Positions 58,061 to 64,000 of a stretch of 64,000 bases of DNA are shown in pieces. Origin of the DNA: a virus (lineage: Duplodnaviria > Caudoviricetes); the IMG/VR virus record IMGVR_UViG_3300032216_001476, positions 1 to 64,000 of that record; one strand, 5' to 3'. The position numbers and the translations under genes were made by a program. The notes under the pieces are model-generated. The model saw nothing but the letters and a program-made list of their open reading frames with translations. It did not search any database and had not been told where the DNA came from. Position 1 is the first letter of the stretch, and each line of letters opens with the position of its first letter.

Positions 58061-58408
58061 ATGAGTAAAAGGGAGTTGAGTAATGATACTATTGGAGAAC
58101 TTTTCATGAATGTATTACAACATATGAAATGTATTGAAATACGTATTGACTTTGCTAAAAATCTTACATCACAAAAACAAAAATACGCTCTCGATTTATC
58201 ACTTAAAAAAATTAAATCGGCTATTGATAATCTTTGTGATTTATTAGGTGATAGCAGTATGGTTTTGAAAGTTAAAAAAGAACTTGATAAATCAGATATG
58301 GTATATGTAATGCTTCTCACTGAAAAGTTCTCTAATCTCACCCCAGATGAACTAGAGGAAATAGATGAGATACTAGAAGATTATATTAATAAAAAACATA
58401 AAACATGA
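58061..58408 (+). CDS. Hypothetical helical protein
   Basis: Co-oriented, coupled. Confidence 0.65.
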   Translation: MSKRELSNDTIGELFMNVLQHMKCIEIRIDFAKNLTSQKQKYALDLSLKKIKSAIDNLCDLLGDSSMVLKVKKELDKSDMVYVMLLTEKFSNLTPDELEEIDEILEDYINKKHKT

Positions 58409-59169
58409 TAATTGGTGTATCTGGTTATTCAGGTTCTGGTAAAGACACTCTTGGTAATATCATTCTAAATCTCACTGCCAAAGAAAGATATGGATATTTA
58501 GAAAACACTTGGGAAATTAAAAAATGGGCAGGTAAATTAAAAACTATAGCTAGTTTACTTACAGGTATACCTGAATTCAAGTTTGAAGATCAGGAGTTTA
58601 AAAAAACTTATCTTCCTGAAGAATGGAACTACTATGCTATATCTCTTATAGATAATGGTAAATTACTTGTACAAAAAGGTAGATATACTACCAAAGAAGA
58701 AGCATATGCTTACATTCCAATGCTTAAAGAAATCTACGGTGAATTTAACATAGAATATGTAGTAGGTATGCGACAAATGACTGTAAGACAATTTCTACAA
58801 GAATTGGGTACTGACACACTTCGTGATAATTTTCATCCCAATACTTGGGTTAATGCTCTTATGTCTGATTATAAAGTAATTGGAGACACATTGCTAGAAG
58901 GTGAAGTCAGAAAAGTAAGAGAAGAAGATCTGATCTATCCTAACTGGGTAATTACAGACACTAGATTTGTTAATGAAGCAGAAGCTATTAAAAAAGCAGG
59001 TGGTATTGTTATACGTATAGACAGACCAGGATTTACTCCAATAAATGCACATCCTTCTGAAACATCTTTAGATGATTGGGATTTTGATTATAAAATAGCT
59101 AATGATATGGATATTAGTAATTTATCCAAAATCGTTGGTGATATTTTAAGAAAAGAAAAACTTCTTTGA
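58405..59169 (+). CDS. Deoxynucleoside monophosphate kinase
   Basis: IIGVSGYSGSGKDT, RQFLQELGT, ITDTRF.NE, HPSE. Confidence 0.9.
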   Translation: MIIGVSGYSGSGKDTLGNIILNLTAKERYGYLENTWEIKKWAGKLKTIASLLTGIPEFKFEDQEFKKTYLPEEWNYYAISLIDNGKLLVQKGRYTTKEEAYAYIPMLKEIYGEFNIEYVVGMRQMTVRQFLQELGTDTLRDNFHPNTWVNALMSDYKVIGDTLLEGEVRKVREEDLIYPNWVITDTRFVNEAEAIKKAGGIVIRIDRPGFTPINAHPSETSLDDWDFDYKIANDMDISNLSKIVGDILRKEKLL

Positions 59170-59251
59170 TGAATGAAAATTATACAAGATTTTACTAACT
59201 TGTATACAGATTTTTTTAACCCGAATACTATTCGTTATATATTTTAATACT

Positions 59252-59947
59252 ATGAATATTTTACACTTATCTGACACTCATGGTTTTCATGGTACATTTC
59301 CAAATGAGAGATTTGAAAGTATTGATGTAGTAGTACATTCTGGTGATTGTTCTAATTGGATGGATCCATATAAAAATGAATCTGAAGTTAGAAATTTTAT
59401 TGAATGGTATAAACAAGTACCTGTAAAACATAAGATTTATGTTGCAGGTAATCATGACACTAGTATTGAGAAAGGATTAGTAACTCCAGGAGACTTTTCA
59501 CAATCTAATATTATCTATTTAGAAAACGCTGCTACTATAATAGATGGTATTAAGTTTTGGGGTTCTCCTCATACACCTACATTTGGACCTTGGGCTTTTA
59601 TGAAAGCTCGTGAAAAGATTAATAGAGTTTGGGATACCATACCAGAAGATACTAATGTATTAATTGTACATGGTCCTCCTAAAGGTGTAAGAGACCTTAG
59701 TTTTGATAGATATGGAGAACTTGAAATGTGTGGATGTTCTGCTCTAATGAAAAAATGTGTCAAACTTAAAGACTCACTTAAATTAGTAGCATTTGGACAT
59801 ATTCATAACATGGATGGAATAGATACTAATCAAGGAGTATCTTATTATTCTAACATGTCTAATACTGTTTTCTCTAATGCTGCTTGTGTATATGATGGTA
59901 AATTTAATTTAGGACTCACCTCACATGGTAATATAATATCAATATGA
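59252..59947 (+). CDS. Calcineurin-like metallophosphoesterase
   Basis: SDTH, HSGD, AGNHD, HGPP, FGHIH. Confidence 0.9.
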   Translation: MNILHLSDTHGFHGTFPNERFESIDVVVHSGDCSNWMDPYKNESEVRNFIEWYKQVPVKHKIYVAGNHDTSIEKGLVTPGDFSQSNIIYLENAATIIDGIKFWGSPHTPTFGPWAFMKAREKINRVWDTIPEDTNVLIVHGPPKGVRDLSFDRYGELEMCGCSALMKKCVKLKDSLKLVAFGHIHNMDGIDTNQGVSYYSNMSNTVFSNAACVYDGKFNLGLTSHGNIISI

Positions 59948-60150
59948 ATCGTAGAAATCTATCAGGTGTTTATATCTTCCATAAGTTTGAAGAAGATGAA
60001 CGCAGAGAACCCACTTGTTTTGAAGACTGTCCAGAAACAAAACAAGATGAGTGGTTAAACTCACTAGATCCAGAAGCTGTAAAAAATGTAGCCAAACATC
60101 TTGCAAGAAAATTAAGATATATTGGTGATGAATTTGATTTAACAACTTAA
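59944..60150 (+). CDS. Hypothetical protein
   Basis: RNLSGVY...CFED. Confidence 0.6.
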   Translation: MNRRNLSGVYIFHKFEEDERREPTCFEDCPETKQDEWLNSLDPEAVKNVAKHLARKLRYIGDEFDLTT

Positions 60151-60159
60151 TTAATTCTT

Positions 60160-60381
60160 ATGTCTTTATTAGAAAAAAACTGTTATAACTGTCAACATAA
60201 ACAAGATATAAACTGGAGTGCACATATATCTTGTAGATTTTGTTGGCAAAATAAAAAGTATGTTACGTTTCCTCAAGGAACTGAATATGGAAAATCAAAT
60301 GGATGGTATGATTTTCCATATGATTTTGATCCTGCATGGATGGAAGAAACCTGTCAATATCATAAACCAAAACCAATATAG
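60160..60381 (+). CDS. Cys-rich hypothetical protein
   Basis: CYNC...HISC...GW..FP.DFDP.W...C. Confidence 0.65.
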   Translation: MSLLEKNCYNCQHKQDINWSAHISCRFCWQNKKYVTFPQGTEYGKSNGWYDFPYDFDPAWMEETCQYHKPKPI

Positions 60382-60383
60382 TT

Positions 60384-60641
60384 ATGAAAAAAGATCGTTG
60401 CGTACAATGTAATAGGGAAACTCAATTTGATGTAGATGCACATATTGACGAAAGAGGTGAAACTTATATTAGTGGTCTAGGTCAATTATGTTATAGATGT
60501 TATAAAGTAACCCTAGGTCAATTTGATAATAATAATGAGTTAATTTGCATTCCAAAGGAAACAATATTAGAAAAATCAAATGACTCCGAACTAGGTGAGA
60601 TAGTTAGAAAAATGTTTTATGAAAGCAATACTAGAATTTAA
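60384..60641 (+). CDS. Zn-finger hypothetical protein
   Basis: CVQC...GQLCYRC...NDSELG..VR. Confidence 0.65.
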   Translation: MKKDRCVQCNRETQFDVDAHIDERGETYISGLGQLCYRCYKVTLGQFDNNNELICIPKETILEKSNDSELGEIVRKMFYESNTRI

Positions 60642-60840
60642 TCTTCCTGAAGACCAGGAATATTATGAAGAAGCATATAACGGAACGAAGTATTCTATTG
60701 CTCTATTTGAGTTTGATCAGTATTTAAGAACACAAATTAAATACAATGAACAACTCACCGATGAGCAGTACAAAGTGTACGAGGAAGTCCGTGAAAAACT
60801 ATACCAGATTATTAATGATAACAACCTTTCAATTAAGTAA
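60619..60840 (+). CDS. Hypothetical phage protein
   Basis: MKAILEFNLPED family. Confidence 0.7.
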   Translation: MKAILEFNLPEDQEYYEEAYNGTKYSIALFEFDQYLRTQIKYNEQLTDEQYKVYEEVREKLYQIINDNNLSIK

Positions 60841-60843
60841 GAT

Positions 60844-61266
60844 ATGGTAAAAGTAAGTTTTGATTTTGATGAGACGCTTTCCAGAAAAGAAGTTCAAAAA
60901 TATGCCGAAGAACTTATTGATCTAGGCATAGAAGTGTGGGTAGTTACCACCCGTTGGGATGAGAACCACAAGCATAGGTATGAACTTAATCCCACCCTAA
61001 ATGATTTATGGGAAGTAGTTGACAGACTTGGTATACCACGTCATCATGTAAGATTTACATGTATGCAATGGAAAAGTATTTATCTAGATAAAACTAGTTT
61101 CATCTGGCATCTTGATGACAATCCAGAAGAGTTTATTAAAGCCAAACAATATGGATGCAATGTACCGATGATTAGTGTAAACAGCAACGGATGGATGATA
61201 AAGTGTGACAAATTATTAAATGAAGCTATTAATGCAATACACAATGGATCAAAAGAACACAGTTGA
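60844..61266 (+). CDS. HAD-superfamily phosphatase
   Basis: SFDFDETL, VVTTR, K, HLDD. Confidence 0.8.
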   Translation: MVKVSFDFDETLSRKEVQKYAEELIDLGIEVWVVTTRWDENHKHRYELNPTLNDLWEVVDRLGIPRHHVRFTCMQWKSIYLDKTSFIWHLDDNPEEFIKAKQYGCNVPMISVNSNGWMIKCDKLLNEAINAIHNGSKEHS

Positions 61267-61876
61267 GTTATTAGGTTGGTATGGTGGTGACAAAGAACAC
61301 GCTATGTCTGCATGGACAAGTACAAGTAGAGATTATGATAGTAAAAAAGATAGGATGCCTAACTTACTAAAAATGTTAGCATCTGAAGGTCATCACACTC
61401 CATTTGAAAAATCTACTTTACACTTCTTAGTTAACACAGATATTGCTACACACATTCACTTGATTAAACATCGGGTGGGTGTAAGTGTAAATGCAGAATC
61501 TGCTAGATACAAAGAACTCAAAGAAGACAATTTTTATGTTCCTCAAGATTGGTCTGAAACTTTACAACAAGATTTGATTGATTTTACAGAACAAGCAAAT
61601 GAGTATTATCATAAAGTTTTAGAAATTCTTACACCAAAACTTGGACGTAAACGTGCTAAAGAATCAGCAAGATTTTTTAAGACATATAATTCTCAAATTG
61701 CAGCTGATGTTCAATTTAATTTTCGTAGTTTTATGCACTTTCAAAAACTAAGAAACTCTGAACACGCACAATTAGAGGTTAGAGAATTAGCTCAACAGAT
61801 GCTCAAACTTGTACAAGACATTCCAAATAATCCATTTGAACAATCTTTAAAAGCTTTTGGTTATGACAGTATTTAA
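61244..61876 (+). CDS. thyX: Flavin-dependent thymidylate synthase
   Basis: GHHTPFE, KHRVGVSVNAESARY, NFRS..HF..LR...HAQ.EVR. Confidence 0.9.
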   Translation: MDQKNTVELLGWYGGDKEHAMSAWTSTSRDYDSKKDRMPNLLKMLASEGHHTPFEKSTLHFLVNTDIATHIHLIKHRVGVSVNAESARYKELKEDNFYVPQDWSETLQQDLIDFTEQANEYYHKVLEILTPKLGRKRAKESARFFKTYNSQIAADVQFNFRSFMHFQKLRNSEHAQLEVRELAQQMLKLVQDIPNNPFEQSLKAFGYDSI

Positions 61877-62105
61877 TATTTTAGCAATTGTACTTTGGTT
61901 TGCTTCTTTAATTTTCTATCTTTTTCTTACTGTAAGAAATAAAAAAGTAGCTAATTTTAGAAGACAGATTATTGAAGAAGACTACCATGAAACTATGCAT
62001 AATGTAGATAATGGTATTTTTTGAAAATGTAGATAATTACAGCAAATTACCATCTTATGGTCGAATGATATTCTCTTTCAAACCTCTTAAAAAGAAATAC
62101 TGGTT

Positions 62106-62657
62106 ATGATTTTAAGCGATAAAACAATTCTAAATGAAATGCGTTGGGGTAATATTATTATTGACCCCTTTGAACCCAAACATCTCAACCCTAACAGCGT
62201 GGATCTCACTCTAGCACCCTTGTGTAAAGTGTATGAAAGTGGTATACTAGATACTAGAAAACCCAATCCCACTGTAGAACTAACTATACCTGAAGAAGGT
62301 TATGTACTAGAACCTGGTCAAGTGTATTTATATGCTTGTAATGAACGTATAGGTGTTAAAGATAATATCAGAGCTAAAGTGGAAGGTAAGAGTTCGTTAG
62401 GTAGACTAGGATTGTTTATACATGTCACTGCAGGATTTATAGATACAGGTTTTGAAGGAAGTCTTGTACTAGAATTAGTAGCTACTAGACCTGTAAGAAT
62501 CTATCCTAACATGAAGATATGTCAAGTGGAGTTTGCAAGAGTAGAGGGAGAAATCTTAGAAACCTACGATAAAAAATCTGGCAGTAAGTATATGAATCAA
62601 ACTGGTGTACAAGAATCATTAATGCATAAAAACTTTAATGCTGATGGGGGATACTAA
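62106..62657 (+). CDS. dcd: dCTP deaminase
   Basis: PNSVDLTL, GKSSLGRLGL, AGFIDTGFEG, ICQ. Confidence 0.92.
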   Translation: MILSDKTILNEMRWGNIIIDPFEPKHLNPNSVDLTLAPLCKVYESGILDTRKPNPTVELTIPEEGYVLEPGQVYLYACNERIGVKDNIRAKVEGKSSLGRLGLFIHVTAGFIDTGFEGSLVLELVATRPVRIYPNMKICQVEFARVEGEILETYDKKSGSKYMNQTGVQESLMHKNFNADGGY

Positions 62658-62841
62658 ATCTTGTAGGCATTGTGGTCAAGATAAACCCTTAATAGAGTTT
62701 GCAGAAAGAAAAGACTCAAAAGATGGTAAAAGAGCACAATGTAATCAATGTAGAAAAATAAAAACAAAAGTTCATATTGCTACACCTGTAGTAGAAGAAC
62801 CTATTGTTTATTTTGAACATGATCCTTATTATCAATTCTAG
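62638..62841 (+). CDS. Zn-finger protein
   Basis: CRHCG..KPL.EF...DG....CNQC. Confidence 0.65.
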   Translation: MLMGDTKSCRHCGQDKPLIEFAERKDSKDGKRAQCNQCRKIKTKVHIATPVVEEPIVYFEHDPYYQF

Positions 62842-62844
62842 ACA

Positions 62845-63276
62845 ATGAAAAAAGCACTCTATCTTGATGATCAACGTACTCCAACAACAACTCTTCCTGG
62901 TTATGAACCTTGGTATGTAGTAAGAACCTATGATGAGTTTGTTGAATGGATTATAAATAATGGTATACCTGATCTTATTTCTTTTGACCATGACTTAGCA
63001 GATGAACACATAAAAGACTATACTAGTCAAGTGGGTTTATATGGATTTCAATATCCCACCTATGAAAAATATGAAGAAAAAACAGGTCTTGATTGTGCAC
63101 GTTGGTTAGGAGATTATGTCCAGCAAAATAATATTCAACTTAAATCTGTATCAGTACACTCTGCTAATCCAGTGGGGTCTAGTAATATACAGAGTTACAT
63201 AAACGGTCTTAAAAAACATATGGGTGAACAACCTGATTGTTTTTTAATGAAGCATCCCTTTGAAGTTGTAAAATAG
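62845..63276 (+). CDS. Cyclic-phosphate-processing receiver-domain protein
   Basis: LYLDD.R.P, ISFDHDL, TGLDCA.WL, VHSANPVG. Confidence 0.8.
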   Translation: MKKALYLDDQRTPTTTLPGYEPWYVVRTYDEFVEWIINNGIPDLISFDHDLADEHIKDYTSQVGLYGFQYPTYEKYEEKTGLDCARWLGDYVQQNNIQLKSVSVHSANPVGSSNIQSYINGLKKHMGEQPDCFLMKHPFEVVK

Positions 63277-63464
63277 TGATTATGAATTTAAATATTATGA
63301 TTTTTGATCCTTCCTATTGGATCTTTAGTATTGGTCTATCTTTTAATCGTTATGAAGAATCAGACGGTACTAATGAATGGGTAAGAAGAGAAATAGATTT
63401 AGGTCTATTAATATTATCTGTTAGGATCGATTGGATCTTAAAATTTAAACCTGTGGACGCTTAG
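63276..63464 (+). CDS. Hypothetical protein
   Basis: Last plus-strand ORF before terminator. Confidence 0.5.
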   Translation: MIMNLNIMIFDPSYWIFSIGLSFNRYEESDGTNEWVRREIDLGLLILSVRIDWILKFKPVDA

Positions 63465-63467
63465 TAG

Positions 63468-63501
63468 AAAAAGGGAGGATTAATTTCCTCCCTTTTATTT
63501 T
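63468..63501. terminator. Bidirectional terminator
   Basis: AAAAGGGAGGA/TCCTCCCTTTT between convergent modules. Confidence 0.8.
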
Positions 63502-63502
63502 A

Positions 63503-64000
63503 CTATCTAACATTATCAAGTTTCTTCTCGTAATAAAGTATCCTATTGTAGTTATTAAGTATTGGTATTGCCTTAGTAACTTTTAAGAATGTTCTTTCTT
63601 CATCATACAAAGGTTCACCATTTTCATCTTCTTCTATACCTGCTTGTCCTGCAGGATAGTGCCATAATACTGCTTTAACTGCTTCTTTTAAATTTACTAA
63701 AGATGTAAAAGAAGGTATAACTTGTGCTGTTAAACTTTCAAAAGATGTTACATCAAAATAGTAAAGCATATCTCTTTGTAATAACTTCATCTGATTTAAA
63801 GTAATATTCCAAGTTTTTTTCTCATCATCATCATCTGGTGCCATTGCTTTTGCAGCTAAATACAATATAGTCATAGTCATAATAGCATTTATTTCAGCAA
63901 ATGCTTTACGTAAATTTTCACGTTCTAGTTCACTCATATCACCCACTTCTTTTGAAAATCTTGCTTTCAACATAGCTTTTATTGCTTTACCTATACCCTC
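63503..64000 (-). CDS. C-terminus of a large virion (ejected/cargo-type) protein; 5' end beyond window
   Basis: Helical ERENLRKAFAE...DDDDE...IP pattern; frame open to window edge. Confidence 0.6.
   Translation of the reverse strand, partial: EGIGKAIKAMLKARFSKEVGDMSELERENLRKAFAEINAIMTMTILYLAAKAMAPDDDDEKKTWNITLNQMKLLQRDMLYYFDVTSFESLTAQVIPSFTSLVNLKEAVKAVLWHYPAGQAGIEEDENGEPLYDEERTFLKVTKAIPILNNYNRILYYEKKLDNVR

Noticed and set aside
35161-62991. Minus-strand ORFs such as 35161-35541, 39505-39867, 41252-41599, 48516-49016 and 58012-58341
   Set aside because: Antisense shadows of well-supported plus-strand genes
1-64000. Stop-codon reassignment (TAG or TGA) as in some crAss-like phages
   Set aside because: Core genes are full length under the standard code, all three stops end genes, and no suppressor tRNA was found
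1-64000. Prophage, integrase, transposase or diversity-generating retroelement
   Set aside because: No integrase, repressor, transposase, reverse transcriptase, template/variable repeat pair or host genes seen

Overview
A very AT-rich 64-kb segment of a lytic dsDNA phage of the crAss-like (Crassvirales-related) type, probably infecting Bacteroidota/Flavobacteria. Host inference rests on TAnnTTTG promoters, A-rich leaders lacking Shine-Dalgarno sites, and GIGT tail-fibre motifs. Layout: 1-26.06 kb is the minus-strand late/virion module (tail fibres, auxiliary capsid and ring proteins, MCP, scaffold, portal, terminase, PhoH). A poly-C repeat divergence point sits at about 26.1 kb. 26.3-35.7 kb is a plus-strand early region of small ORFs, tRNAs and many structured non-coding modules. 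35.9-63.5 kb holds plus-strand replication and nucleotide genes (SF2 helicase, UDG, MoxR AAA+/vWA, DnaB, primase, PolB, dNMP kinase, ThyX, Dcd), interrupted by an inverted lysis cassette at 43.7-45.9 kb. The end of a large minus-strand virion gene lies at the right edge. Highlights: (1) a twister ribozyme with a ~125-nt structured P5 insertion heading about 10 multi-stem ncRNA cassettes; (2) a 104-nt class-II-body tRNA carrying an Asp (GUC) identity set; (3) a tRNA-like RNA with extra domains; (4) candidate counter-defence proteins (Acb2/Tad1-like sponge coupled to a RyR-domain protein, and an NxTPH ring-nuclease-like protein); (5) an 18-bp DnaA-box-like operator repeated three times, plus a phage-encoded DnaA domain-IV protein. 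All protein calls come from motif recognition by eye, not database searches, and all RNA folds were paired manually.
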